Of a stretch of DNA of 53,979 nucleotides, positions 1 to 11,938 are shown in pieces. Origin of the DNA: Psammoneis japonica (taxonomy: Eukaryota); contig QPGO01000126.1 of the NCBI GenBank assembly GCA_008632985.1, positions 186,001-239,979 on the forward strand, given 5' to 3'. The notes beneath the pieces were generated by a model. It did no database searches, was not told where the DNA came from, and saw only the letters and a program-made list of their open reading frames with translations. Each line of letters begins with the position of its first letter. Position 1 is the stretch's first letter. The position numbers and the translations under genes were made by a program.

Positions 1-226
1 CCGTTTCTTCTCAGATTTTTCGCTTTTTTGAAATTTTCGCTGTTCGCTTCCTGCGAACTCCCTCCAAAACTGTATCCATAATATCCGGGTTGTCACTAAT
101 GAGATCCATGTATGTTTCTACATAGATGATTTCCTATACAAAGATATACGAAATATAACGGCCGCGCACCATTTTTCTAAAATTTCTTTGTGGTTTGTGG
201 AGTAGACTATCCCAACAACATCCACC

Positions 227-735
227 ATGTCGCGTCTACCGCTCCCACCAATAGCAGCAGCAACAGCACAGTCTTCAAGGATAAGGTTGAATTTATGGCC
301 TCCATGGAAGAGTGCATGATTGATGCCGAATACAAGATGTGGAAGAAGAACACTCCCTGCCTGTACGACTCTTTGTCATGACGCACGCGTTGGAACAGCC
401 GTCGCTTACTTGTCAGTGGTTACCCGTATCGAGACAATTACCTCGCGTCAATGAGCACTCGCTCTTGTTCTGAGCTCACACGACGGGAGAATATAATTAT
501 CTCATGGTGACTATGGTGTCAATTTGTTGCGCTAGGATTCTGTGATGGAAATCCGGGAAAACTCCAATCCCAACACTACGACAACGACGACGACTCACAA
601 TGACGAAGAAAAAAAGAACCGGGAGGCTTTGGGCGTGGCAATTCGGTGGTGCGCAAGATTGATGTTAAACTCAATTTGAAGCATTTGAGTGAAGTCAATC
701 ATGGGCGATACATGCCTCAGAATCACTTTGTCGTA
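227..735 (+). pseudogene. RBBP4: Truncated, frameshifted RBBP4/MSI1 (histone-binding WD40 chaperone) N-terminal fragment
   Basis: Translation gives EYKMWKKNTPCLYD, then a frameshift near 370, FVMTHALEQPSLTCQWLP, HSLLF*AHTTGEYNYLMV (in-frame TGA) and GGFG..KIDVKLNLKHLSEVNHGRYMPQNHFVV. These match the RBBP4 motifs EEYKIWKKNTPFLYD, MTHALEWPSLT and INHEGEVNRARYMPQN. The rest of the propeller is absent. Confidence 0.85.
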
Positions 736-773
736 CGTACTGTTGTAGCTTTCAGTTGAGTGCGCTTGCGCAC

Positions 774-995
774 TCATTCCGCATGAATCATGTCGATCCC
801 TGGCAACGTTGGACAACATTTGCACTTGTAAGCTTTGAAAAAGTCGTCAACAAATGTCATTTCCATGTGTCGTTGTTTGTGATATCGACAGTACCAATTT
901 CCACAAACGACGCAGCTTTGATCCAGATGTGTTTCTGCGCAGCCTCGCACGTGACAGCAGTGGCGTCTTGATGGTTTGGAATGTGACCCTCCCAT
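774..995 (-). CDS. 73-aa putatively N-myristoylated Cys/His-rich (AN1 zinc-finger-like) protein
   Basis: ATG at 995 gives MGGSHS (MGxxxS) followed by C-x4-C-x8-C-x2-C-x4-C-x2-H-x3-H. The ORF lies in TpA-normal DNA and keeps its Tyr codons. Confidence 0.5.
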   Translation of the reverse strand: MGGSHSKPSRRHCCHVRGCAETHLDQSCVVCGNWYCRYHKQRHMEMTFVDDFFKAYKCKCCPTLPGIDMIHAE

Positions 996-1963
996 TATTG
1001 TTGTTTTTGTGTCTTGGTGTTTTTTGTGTTGTTGTGACCAGTGGTTTTGCATTATAGATGAGCTAATTTGTGGTGTGTCGCAACGAAAACTGCGGCTATC
1101 GCCTATCCACGACTCGATGTCGCTTTTTTTATTCGTGATTGAACGCGGTGAATTCTTGGGAACGTAACTCTTTCACCAACATTCTCAGGTCTAATAGTCT
1201 ATCTCGAAAGAAGCATTTTGTGATTCATTATTGGACGAGTGATGCGATGGATCACTGCAAGTTCATGGATGCTCATTCGCTCGCTACGTACGAGTAGTCC
1301 AGAGAGTCGATTGATCATGACGGCTTGATCCTTTCCCGCCGCATTTCTCTAAATGATTTACACTGGTAAACATTGTTGCTGCTTTCATGATCCGGATTAT
1401 AGGTTAGCTTCGTGCATTGTGCCTCTTGCTCCACTGCAAGACTCAGGAAGCCGAGTTCAAGTACTCGCACTTTGCATGATGTTCCTCCTGAATTTTTTTT
1501 TCCCTCAATCGATGAATGTGAAGTGCGGTGAGTCTCTTTCTCAATTGGATGGTTCAGGCTATGATTCAGGCTTCTGGGACACAAGGACTAAATGTTGCTC
1601 TTGATCGTGAGGCACTCAAGTGCGAATCACCTGTTGGCCAATCATGTCGCGGGAAGCTACGCATCCGCCACTCCGACACCGCTGTGCGCATTCCCGTGGG
1701 ATTACGCCATTCACGACCAAGACTAACCATCGCACTCTCATCTTTTCACGATTTTGCAAATCAAAGGGCATAAAGCATAGATACGAGAGAAACTTGTCTC
1801 ACAAACCAAGACTAGCTAGAAGAAGATCAATAAGACGCAAAGGGAATAAGCACAACTCGAGCTCAAAGAGGAACAAGTCGTCATCAAGCTGACTCAGACT
1901 ACGAACTACGAGGCAATTACTACAAGAACTATACCAAGAAGCAGAAACAAGAACAAAATCAAC

Positions 1964-2233
1964 ATGGGCTTTGGTAAAGATACCCTAAGAAGCATTGCCG
2001 GTGTTGTCGTCTTTGCAATAATCATGCTCGGAGCAATAATTGTTGTTGATGCGGAAGCGCTTAGAGACCGAGGAGAAAGCTTTGGGGCCTACATTGTGGT
2101 CGGTGTCGTTGCCGCCATTCTTAGAATTTGAGCCAGTATTTGTATTTGCCACCGCATGAGAACGCTACGACGCCAAATCCCAAATTCCGTCACCCGCCTA
2201 TTTGCAACAAATGCGAGATTGAATGAATGGTAA
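1964..2233 (+). pseudogene. Disrupted paralog of the small two-TM protein family
   Basis: Reads MGFGKDTLRSIAGVVVFAIIMLGAIIVVDAEALRDRGESFGAYIVVGVVAAILRI, then TGA at 2129 where the paralog has TGC (Cys). A frameshift relative to the paralog follows. Confidence 0.7.
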
Positions 2234-2945
2234 AAGTCACAATTACCGAACTCTAATCGACACATTTTCACTCATAAACGCAACTTCCGCCCACTCTGAA
2301 CAATTCAACAACTTCCGTTCTCCTTCTTGCCCGAAGTCTTCAATTTATATTCTCTTACGAGCAGTAGTCATATATCTGCATCGGAAACCCCCATGCCTTG
2401 TATTCATTCGCCTGAACTAAAAAAACAAGAGTCTAGCTGCTGACAAGAGAGTAGGCCCTTTCCCAGCTCTCGGCACCAGTAGCTCGCCATCATAGCTACG
2501 ACGTAGAGACTACCCGGTAACTACATAGAGAGCCCTGCCAGACTCTGGGCACTCGGTAACTGGGAGCGGGGCTGATGGAATGTGGAAGAGTTTTTGTTTT
2601 GAACACTTATCGATTTGCAGAGTTTGCATCCCCGACTCAGACCAAAGCACCAATGACCATGCGCATTTCCCATACATGTTTGGACCACGATACAAGCACG
2701 ACCGGACTAACCATCGCACTCTCATGTTTCTCGCGAATTCTGCAAATCAAAGCATAAACACAGATTCGAGAGAGACTTGTCTCACAAACAAGACTATAGC
2801 AGTAGAAGAAGACCAGCAAAAAGCGGAGAGAATTTTAGCAAAACTCAAGCTCTACCTATAAGCATAGGAACAAGACGTCATCAAGCTGACTCCGAGGCAA
2901 CTACTAGAACAATTCCAAGAGGCAATAACGAGAGTAAACATCGAC

Positions 2946-3230
2946 ATGGGCTGCGCGAAAGATTGCATAAGAAGCATTGTCGCCTTTGTCGTCTTCGCAA
3001 CCATCGTACTCGCTGCAATTATTCTTGTTGATGCGGAAGCGCTTGGGGACCGAGAAGACAACTTTGGGGCGTACATAGTGGTGGGCGTCAGTGCCGCCTT
3101 TCTTGCAGTCTGCGCCTGCATTTGTATTTGCCCAAAAAATGAGAACGCTGCGGCACCGAATCCCAATGTCCCGTCGCCCGCCTATTTGCAACAAATGCGA
3201 GATCGGATGCAGGGCCCGAATCATGTGTAG
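2946..3230 (+). CDS. 94-aa two-TM membrane protein of unknown function (family member 2)
   Basis: Two hydrophobic helices flank the EALGDREDNFGAYI loop. It has an MGC N-terminus and a Cys cluster after TM2. Paralogs lie at 1964 and 11939. Confidence 0.7.
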   Translation: MGCAKDCIRSIVAFVVFATIVLAAIILVDAEALGDREDNFGAYIVVGVSAAFLAVCACICICPKNENAAAPNPNVPSPAYLQQMRDRMQGPNHV

Positions 3231-3489
3231 CTGGGCCTGCGGCGAAATATAGAAAGTCAAAATTACTGTTCTCCTGACCATCTGCTTTTGCATTGTCGGA
3301 ACCCCCAAGATGGAGCATGGCGCATGCTTTTGCTGCATTCATTCGCCTGAACTTAAATCATTTCTGGAGTTGTCCACCCTTCTGAACTGGTCTAGGGGCA
3401 GCTAGAGAGAGGCCCTCCTGCAGCCCTCTTTGCCAGCAGTTCAACAGCCAAACACTCTAGAGGATGCCTGGAGAGCATTTCTAAGAATG

Positions 3490-5700
3490 GAAGGTGACAC
3501 TTGTGTGGGTGTGTGGCCTGTGGCCAGCAATGCTCTCCACAGATGCAGAGACTCTCCAATGTGGAATTCGGCCAGGAGTGATCAATGGCGCACATGTCAG
3601 AGGGAACTGCTCATTGAGTTTTGAAAACACATCTTGTCAATTTTGATGTGGTCATGTCACAGAGACGCAGTGGGTGACACCACAGCAGAAGCTTGACAAC
3701 TGGAAATCTTGTTCACTTTTTCTCACTTTAAATTGCAGCTTTTCTTCATTTGATGTGATTCTTGTGGGTGTCTGCAACACACCACATCCTGCCAGGGAAA
3801 AACTTCCCCAAAAATGCACACAGAAAAAAACAAGTCACAATCAAAGTTGAGTGAGCTGCAGCTGTGCCAGAACTTTGTACAAGAAGCAACAACAAGGACA
3901 GCATCAACATGCTGAGCAAACATTTCCACCTTTGTCATGCCATTGCAATCATCATTTGGGGCTCTTGCGGCGGCAGTTGTCTGATCGTGAAAAGTGCTCA
4001 AACATGGTGCAATGCCAAAGCACAATGACTCAATGTGTTTGTCATGGGGGGCACCATGCAAACCTTTTTGTTCTTGTTTTCACATGTTGCGGGCCCAATG
4101 CACCAACAGGCAATGGCTGCAGGCTGTCATGGCACAAGATGTTTTCTTTCTTCTGATCTGCACAACCCACAGACCTTCCAAGTTGAGACAGATGCACTGC
4201 AAACCATGACTCAATGTTGTCATGCAATGCTGCAAATGTGAGAGGACCCCTTTGCAAAGGCCTGCATGCATTTTTGTGTCTGCTGCAGAAATGCACAGCC
4301 TGTGTGGTGTGCAAAGCTGGCACAGCTTCTGCAACACAGGTTTGAAAAAAAACATTGCCAAAGCAATGCAGTGGCACGCTGTTTTGGGGCATTGCTCCAA
4401 TGGACTTTTTCCAACAAATGAGCCAATTGTGTTGTGTTGCTGCAACCTCACTTCCATGTTTCTTGAACTTGCCATGGGTCACACCCATGAAGGGCGTTTT
4501 CTGTGGCTCTAAATGACCACCGCCCATGTGCCCTGTGGCCAGCAGACTTACTCCAATGCACTGTTGAGCTGCAAAAACACGGGGACATGAACCAAGCCCA
4601 GGATGTTGACATTGTCCACAGTGAAATGGTGTCAGATCTCAGCATGTTGAGAGTTTTTTTTTTGTCAAATGGCTGGCGCCCATGCTCTTTTCCCAGTGCA
4701 TGGCAACCCAACTGTTTTGACAAATCACAGTGCCTGTCACCTTGAAACCTTCTTGTGCCTGCAGGAAAAGAGTCATGCCTGCAACATGAGCAGCACAGCA
4801 CTGTCCACTCCTGCTGCTTTGGCCTTGGTCAAATTCTGGCTGTTGATCTTCTGTTTGGCAGACATGTTTGTGGCAGGACACACGTGGCCCATTGATGCCA
4901 AAGCTTTGGCACAGCTCTTGCAACCAGAGTGCATGGCAAATGAAGCATCAACCCACCATGTGCAACCTTCATTGAGGATGTTTCCAACACAAACAGGAGG
5001 TCTGCTGTCTCTTTGAAATGAGCCAGACAATGACCAAGCTTCTTGCAGTCAACCATGCCAGATGGCTGCACCTGGGTTGCCAGGAATGACACCGTGAGTT
5101 CCAGATTGTGTCAGGTCCACTTGCTGAGAAATGAAAGCTTTGCCGCAAGGTGACAGAACAGCTCTGCCTTCCCCTTGTCCAGCTTCTTGACATTTCTGTG
5201 TGCGGTGCCACCACTTCACAAGGCACAAACACCTCAGAAGGCACTGCCACCACAGCTTCACCCACCCTCATCTTTTTTTCTTGCCAAAAAGACCTGAGTA
5301 CAAAATGTGAGCAGCTCAGCTGAGACCTCATGATCAAATGTTCCTGTTGGCAGCGACACTCTGGGCTGGCTGCACTCAAATTTGAGCACTGCTTGACATT
5401 CGAAGTGTCAAAACTGTTCTCCTGCCATCATCATTTGAATCACGTGACATCAAAACCTGCAATGACAACACATCCAGGGGGGGAATTGCAATTGCTTGTG
5501 ATGTTGATGCTCCAACTGTCATCATCACAGCAAAAAAAACCGGCGACAGACACTGTGAAGAGGCAAGCCACAAATCATCAGAAATTATCCTCTTGTTCAG
5601 CCAACAACAATCAACATGTCAAACAGTGACAGTGTTGAGCATCTGACTGTGCCAAGGCAAGCCATGACAACAAACCATCATGAGGCGCCATTGGAAGGAA
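3490..5700. repeat. TpA-depleted degenerate repeat block 1
   Basis: Manual count of about 6 TpA in 2.2 kb. CpG is also scarce, and the block is covered by overlapping Cys/His-rich, Tyr-free ORFs. Confidence 0.85.
4480..5330 (-). mobile_element. Ty1/Copia RT-RNase H remnant
   Basis: Frame-broken fragments SFLATQVQPSGMVDCKKLGHCLAHFKETADL and WWVDASFAMHSGCKS..SMG..SAKQKINSQNLTKAKAAGVD resemble Copia AVSFL..RV....DWKKL and WVDASFA.H.D.KSH..KQKIN.KSSTEAELVGVD. Confidence 0.75.
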
Positions 5701-5961
5701 GGAACATGGTGATGCGGCGGCAGTTGTCATTTTTCTGAAACGGAAATAAACCTGCGGATGATAGCGTCTGTCATGCGTTCTCGCTAAACAATTTCTCTCA
5801 GTGCAAACAGCGAACGACGAACCGAACGCAGAATAAGCACCAAAAACAACCAACAACAGCACTGACAACACCAACGTGCAATCTTGTCGTCTCGCACGAG
5901 TGCTTGTTCCCTGCTGCGCCTTAATCATTGATCAGATTGCAGGATCAGTTCACTTGCACTT

Positions 5962-7102
5962 ATGTCAGCTGTCTCGTTTGATTCCACTAAGTTTTCTGTC
6001 AGCTCACGGAAGAGAGGCAGTTTGGGTGGTGACACAACCGAAGCTCAAGGTCCGGAAACCAAGCGCTCTCGCGATGCAGTCGCACACAGCGGGCTTCAGG
6101 AGCAGGTCTGTTGGGGGGGATTATTGGGAAACAGCCGTACAAGCAGAGTTGATGCGATACGCACGACAAGAAGACAGCAAAGAAGCGTACAAACCGGGAC
6201 CGTTGACCAAAGAGCAACTACGCAAGGCCACTGAAGAATGGAACCGCAGGAATGATTCCGAAGACAAAGAAGATGTTCCTTTTGTTTTAGTATCGCAAGA
6301 CTGTGACGACATCCCTGCTCAAGAGTTCGAAATGGAGTCCCTCCGATCAACGCAAGTTCTCAAACTTTGGTACGTCTTGACTAAATCAAAGGATCTCTTG
6401 ATTGTCAAGGCCGCCTCAGATGATGCCCACGGCAAGGCAGTGACTCTACTCGTTCGTGATGTCGGTCGGTTCGCAGACCAATACTTGTCGGGTACCACCG
6501 ATCTTTTCGACGTCGACTCAGACGGCAAGTGTGTCGTACTCGGATCGAGGGTTGCCCCTGATGTTGTGCTTCAGCGTGCCTTTCCCAATCAACCTGTTCC
6601 ACCGCCCCTCAGGGCCCCGCTTGTTGTTGAACTTGAGGTTGGTAATCGCGGCCCAAAAGCTTTGATGGAACAGCTCAATAGCTATCTTGCACAACCTGAT
6701 GCACATTATGTTCTGGGTATCAAAATTTACAGCAGAGTCGGGCCACCAGTCCCTGCACCGGGGAAAAGGCCCTTTCCAGCGATTGCTTTGCTGTGGCGAC
6801 GTGGAGCAGCTCCGGTTGGTGCTTCAGCGCAGTTGGTCGGATTATGGTCATTTGGTACGTGCGCCCTAGCGAAACATTCGGTAGCGGCATTTTGCAAAGC
6901 TCGTGGGACACTAGAAATGGTTCGGAAAAATCAAATTGTGCACCCGCCTGGAAATTTAATCATTACTGTTCCTGCGGCTCACTTGTTGCGGGGAGCCGTA
7001 GATGAGAATGAGATTGCTGTACAAGTTCTTGCCAATGGAAATGATCTCGAGATTGACTTGGGAAGAATCCGAAATGTCTGTGACCGGAGACTCAAGGACT
7101 GA
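5962..7102 (+). CDS. Uma2-like PD-(D/E)XK restriction-endonuclease-fold protein; start uncertain
   Basis: The main frame carries DAHG...VAPDV...PLVVELEVGN...LNSYL...YVLGIKIY, the motif order of Uma2/Crinkler-associated REase domains. The ATG 5962 frame joins the main frame only by a 1-nt shift in the G7 run at 6113-6119. An alternative in-frame ATG (MQSHT) lies near 6074. Confidence 0.6.
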
Positions 7103-7324
7103 AAGCTAGGGTCTCTGGGCATCGACGTACGATAATGAATTAAAAGCCTTCGCGAGGGTGGAGGATGGGGTTTAGAAGCACGAGATTCTTGTGATAGACA
7201 CAATGGGATACATGTTATATTAACAATCTTAATGATCATGAATTACATGCCTTTGTGAAGAAGAAGACAGGGAAGTAGAATCGCAGATTCATGCTTTAGA
7301 CATTGGGATAAGACACCATTACGC

Positions 7325-10020
7325 GCCATTTCCCATGATTCCTTCACATCTAACTTTGAAGTTCCTGATCAAACACATCAAACAAACCATCAAAAGTGGC
7401 CATGATGTTGGCCGTGCTCTGGAATTGTTGGCACCTGGAGTAGAATGGCAAGACCATCTCCAGCAAGTGAACATGTGACACTTCAATGTCAAATGCTTCT
7501 GTGTCACTGACTTGCTCAATGGAGAGTAGCTCCACACTGGATGTTGTCCCACTGATGACATGCTGGGCAGTTGCTTCTCCATGCCTCTGGTGCAGTTCCA
7601 GCAACTGCAGGCCCACAACCCAAACCTCCCAAACAAAAGTTGTTTTAGATGGTGGGTTCAAATTGCTTTTTGTGTTTTCTCTGATGCAACATCACTTGTC
7701 CTTTTTGCAGTGTGTGTTGGATTTCCAGTGCAGGCAGCTGCAGCAAAACACAGGATTCTCTGACAACTTGTGTGAGTGCACTCTGGAAGCATGCACATTT
7801 GTGCCCCCAACCTGCAGAGCTGGCAAAATGTGTTCCACTTGGCAGGTCATGGTCCAAATCATTCAATCCATGGCCATGAAATTGAAGTGCTGTCATTGGT
7901 TTTGTGCACCTGCTCAAATGCTTCCAAAGCATCACACCAGTGCCCTCTGGCCATGAAGAAGTGCCTGGCATGTGCCACATTGTTCCAGACACTGACATGC
8001 CATTTAAAAAGGCAAAAAACATGGATTGAGAATTCTTTCAAATGACGACTTGGTTGACATCTTGCACAAGAATGCAGGCAGCCAAAGAGGCTGGCATTGA
8101 TTGCAAATCTGTGCAGCGGTTGTTGAAAAAACTGTGGCCTGAATGTCAAAGACCCCTGGCAGGCATGAACATGTGTGACAGAGGCATTTGCATGTGCTGC
8201 ATTGATGGTGCCACAGGAGCTCTCACTTGGCGGTTTTTGAAAGAATGGGTTGAAGTTGATCACATTGTCATGGCTGCTGTGGAAGTTTGCCCAATTGTTT
8301 CACTGACATTTGCTGGTGTTGATCTTGATGGTGTTGATGGTTCTCAGCAAAAATTGACTTTTTTTTTGTTTGGTGTTGTGCTCTTGGCTCACACTTGTTT
8401 TTGAAGTTTTTCACACAAAGTGCCTGCAGACCATCGCATTGCCAGGCACCAGGCATTAAAATTTGGGAGCTGGGCTCACAACCAGAAAAGGCTGCTTCGC
8501 CACAAAAATCTGCCAAAAAGAACATCTCATCCAAGCTGAGCTGCTGAAAAGAAAAACGTTTGGCTTCAACGCCATTGGAGTCATTTTTGCATTGTCTTTG
8601 GCATTTTTTGCACCCACACCAGGGTCAATCCAGCAGCAATGAGCTGGGCAATGTCCTCTGAGATGCAACCCCAATGAGATCAAGGCTGCAGTCTGGTGCC
8701 CTCATGTTTGCACACCCAGCATCAAGGAGAAAACCAAGCACAACCAGGAAAAACACCAACAAGTGCACAAGAGAATGACTGCAAAAGCTGTGGTGCTGGC
8801 AGTCACAAGCTGGCAGCACTTGCACACACTTTTCAACCTTTTTGACAGTGATGCAAACACAAGTGATCTCAACCCTGAGTGTGCTTGGGACTGGCCTTTT
8901 GCCAAAAATGTCACTCAGCGGCTCTTGTGTGACAGATTTTTGTTGGGGAGGGGGGGAGAGGCAACAACCACAAGGTGGGCAGAAAACATCACACTGGCCC
9001 AGTGTTGGCGGGCATCAGATGTGCCCCCCCCCCCTTGACAGATGTGGCACAAAAGCACACATCTCTGTCAATGGAGGGGGAGGAGGAGGCCTCAACAGTG
9101 GGCACAAGAACCTTGTTGTGATCCTGGGCATGCTGCTCTTTTCTCCCTCTCCTCAACACTGGCCTGGCACAGGGCTCCACGGTGCACCTCAGGCTGGGTG
9201 AAATCACACCACTGCTCTGCTTGGTTGTGAGACACCACCTGTCTCGGAAGATTTGGACTTCCCTTTGAAAATGCCACAAGAAAGCAATCAAAAGACTTTC
9301 AGAAAAGATGCCATCAGCTGCAGGCAGGGTGCCCAAGTTTTTGAGATGAAAGCTGTGGCTGGAAGAAGCTGTGCTCCCAAAGGTTGCAGGAGTGGCTCAG
9401 CCTCTGTGGCAGGCTGCAAGAGTTGCAACTGTTGCTCTGCTGCTGGCTAAAAACACACTCCTCTGGAGTGGCAGAGCAATGGACTCAAATGGTGCTGCTT
9501 GTGCAGACACTGCCAGCCGCAACCCACATGTGTGTTTGTTTTGTGATGTTCACAAGGCTGGCAGTGTGAGGAGGGGAAAGGAACAGCGCCCCATGCAAGG
9601 CAGCATCATGAAAAGTGGCTGTGGTTGTTGCAATGAGTTTGGCCCAAAAAGTCCATCAGAATTCTTTAACTGCAAAGATTGTTGAAGCCCATGCAGATGT
9701 GCAGCTGGCGAAATGAGCAGCGACAGGTGGGAGGAGAGGAGTTGAAGGACATGAGCGGCGGAATTTTGGACAGTGTTGCATCCAAGAGTTTGTGTGGCTC
9801 GCTGAGAAGGGGGGGCTGAGCGGCAAGAGCTGCCAAAGCGATCAGCAGAGTGGATGGGGAGGAGAGAGCACAGGAAAAGGCGTCAAAGGATGCGGTGGAG
9901 TGCTGCAAAGTGCTGGGGTTGGGCCAGGGGGGGCTTTCGGAAAAGTTTGCGGGAAACGGAGTTGTCTCGGCTTTGCAGCGCGCGTGTGCCAGCCAGACGC
10001 TCGGGACTCAGGAACTCGGG
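7325..10020. repeat. TpA-depleted degenerate repeat block 2 (family not recognised)
   Basis: TpA is nearly absent and TG/CA is in excess. No identifiable protein motif. Confidence 0.75.
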
Positions 10021-10221
10021 ACTGACGTACTTGGTGGAAGTTTCGAAGCGGAAGATCCAGATTTCGATTTTTTTGACACCACTCCGCCGTCACACTCCAT
10101 CCTGGAATCCATCATCCATCATCACCACACCCAACATCACCAAGTGATCAGCTCATCAATTCTGATCCAGAATAGGAAAAGCAAAAGGATCAGCCCGTGT
10201 ATCTGTGTGAGAACTATTAGG

Positions 10222-11406
10222 ATGCTCTTGACAAAAGAATTGCTGCTATCGCTTGTTGCTGTGACCATGACAAGTTGTGGAGTAACGGCCTGGCAATCGT
10301 TGGCAAGAACATCAATTCGTCCGCGCATCACGTCGTCGTCAATCGGCGTCAGTAGCGCTTCTTATTTGGATTCCTTGTCCTCGGGGACTTCTTCTTCCTA
10401 TGCACCACAGCAAAAGGTGATTAGTGACAGCATTGCGACAGCGGGTGGTGTCGACTACAATGCCGTCCGTCAGGAGCTCATGAGCATTATGGATAACCCT
10501 TCCTGGGATGATGGATCATTGGCACCCACTTTTATTCGACTGGCCTGGCACAGCAGTGGTACGTACGACAAGGCCTCGGGTACGGGCGGATCCAATGGTG
10601 CGGGTATGAGGTTCGCAACGGAGGCTGCCGATCCAGAGAATGCAGGATTGGAGGTGGCTCGTTCCTTCTTGGAATTTGTCAAACGTAAATTCCCCGCGGT
10701 ATCGTACTCGGATTTGTGGATCTTGGCAGCCTATGTTGGTATCGAATATACGGGCGGCCCAGTCATTCCCTTTACCCCAGGACGGACCGATCATCTGGAT
10801 GAGAGCTATTGGGTCCAAAGAGGCATGACCTATGGAAGGCTCCCAGCCGCTGAAAAGTATCTTTGCCCATACGTGGAAGGTACCTCTCAACTTTCCAATA
10901 GTCTTGATGCGGCCGGACGAGTCACGGGGTGGGAGGGCTTATGTAAACATGTCAAGGACGAGGTCTTTTATAGAATGGGGTTTAACGATCAAGAGATTGT
11001 CGCCTTGCTGTGCGGTGGGCACGTCTATGGCCGTTGTCACCCAAATTTCTCAGGATACGCGGGACCATGGGTAGAGCACCCCACACAGTTTTCCAATGAG
11101 TATGCAACAGATATGCTAGAAGACGAGTGGACGCTGGTGAGTCATGGTGATACATGGCTGGATGACCAAGGCGCTGCCGAACTACGGCCCGCACCTGGCA
11201 ATCGTCAATTTGTCAACAAAAAGCCCGGCAAGCTGGATGACGACGAGCCCAACCAAATGATGTTGGTCTCGGACATGATTTTGGCATGGGATCCGGCCTT
11301 GCGTACCCACTTGGAGACCTATGCGGCGGATGAAGCTCGACTAAAGGATGACTTTGGCAAAGCGTTCAAGAAACTAACGGAACTTGGTTGCGGGTTTGCG
11401 CCATGA
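10222..11406 (+). CDS. Class I heme peroxidase (ascorbate/cytochrome c peroxidase family), 394 aa, probably plastid-targeted
   Basis: Contains distal PTFIRLAWHSSGTYD, GGSNG, proximal GGHVYGRCH, SGYAGPW and MMLVSD. The N-terminus has a signal peptide ending VTA-W followed by a Ser/Thr/Arg-rich transit-like segment. Confidence 0.92.
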   Translation: MLLTKELLLSLVAVTMTSCGVTAWQSLARTSIRPRITSSSIGVSSASYLDSLSSGTSSSYAPQQKVISDSIATAGGVDYNAVRQELMSIMDNPSWDDGSLAPTFIRLAWHSSGTYDKASGTGGSNGAGMRFATEAADPENAGLEVARSFLEFVKRKFPAVSYSDLWILAAYVGIEYTGGPVIPFTPGRTDHLDESYWVQRGMTYGRLPAAEKYLCPYVEGTSQLSNSLDAAGRVTGWEGLCKHVKDEVFYRMGFNDQEIVALLCGGHVYGRCHPNFSGYAGPWVEHPTQFSNEYATDMLEDEWTLVSHGDTWLDDQGAAELRPAPGNRQFVNKKPGKLDDDEPNQMMLVSDMILAWDPALRTHLETYAADEARLKDDFGKAFKKLTELGCGFAP

Positions 11407-11510
11407 GCGGGCATAATAATTCGTTTCTGCAAAATTCCAGTTGTATTTAATTTCTACTCGTTAACGTAGCCTCCATCTACACTAGCAAATGTATATAGAA
11501 GTAGTACTCA

Positions 11511-11720
11511 CTACTGCTCATCTTGTTCAATATCCAGGGTACACTGTGGCAAGAGAGTATTTGTAGGGGCTTGCTCCAATATCTCATTCGTGGGGCAACA
11601 AATAATTGCGAAGCAAATGCACGACCAGAAACACGACTCACAATCGCACTCTAAAAAATCTAAAATGCATGTTTCTCGTGACTCGCAACTCAAGCAAAAG
11701 CACTTGATGCGGGAGAACAT
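11511..11720 (-). CDS. Possible 69-aa Cys-rich small protein
   Basis: ATG-initiated ORF with a Cys-rich hydrophobic stretch (CFWSCICFAIICCP) in TpA-normal DNA. No family recognised. Confidence 0.3.
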   Translation of the reverse strand: MFSRIKCFCLSCESRETCILDFLECDCESCFWSCICFAIICCPTNEILEQAPTNTLLPQCTLDIEQDEQ

Positions 11721-11938
11721 TGTTTTACAAAATTGGACGCCTCACAAAATAAGACGCAAATAATCTATCTTAGAGAAAAGGATATTTCAGTGCAGAACAA
11801 ATAAGAGAAGACAAAGGAATAAGCACATATCCCGTCCCACACCACAAGAGCAGGCACAGGTCTTCATCAAAGGTTTTCCGCCATCATACAAAACTAGACT
11901 GCACCAGAACTCAGAAGCAGTACAAGAACGACATCAAC

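Larger units (their letters stand above)
1712..3355 (+). repeat. Diverged tandem duplication of a small-gene unit (about 1712-2425 vs about 2695-3355)
   Basis: Both copies share the upstream block (cacgacc..gactaaccatcgcactctcat..gcaaatcaaag..acttgtctcacaaac), the ORF and the downstream block (tcggaa..cccc..cattcgcctgaact). Confidence 0.8.

Noticed and set aside
8456..8683. WIDPGV as a RuvC-I motif of a TnpB/Fanzor nuclease
   Set aside because: It is a single short motif in degenerate DNA, and I found no supporting RuvC-II/III or zinc-finger motifs.
9850..10221. N-terminal extension of the peroxidase ORF, including a His-rich stretch
   Set aside because: It starts at a non-ATG codon inside stop-depleted repeat DNA. 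The signal peptide begins at ATG 10222.
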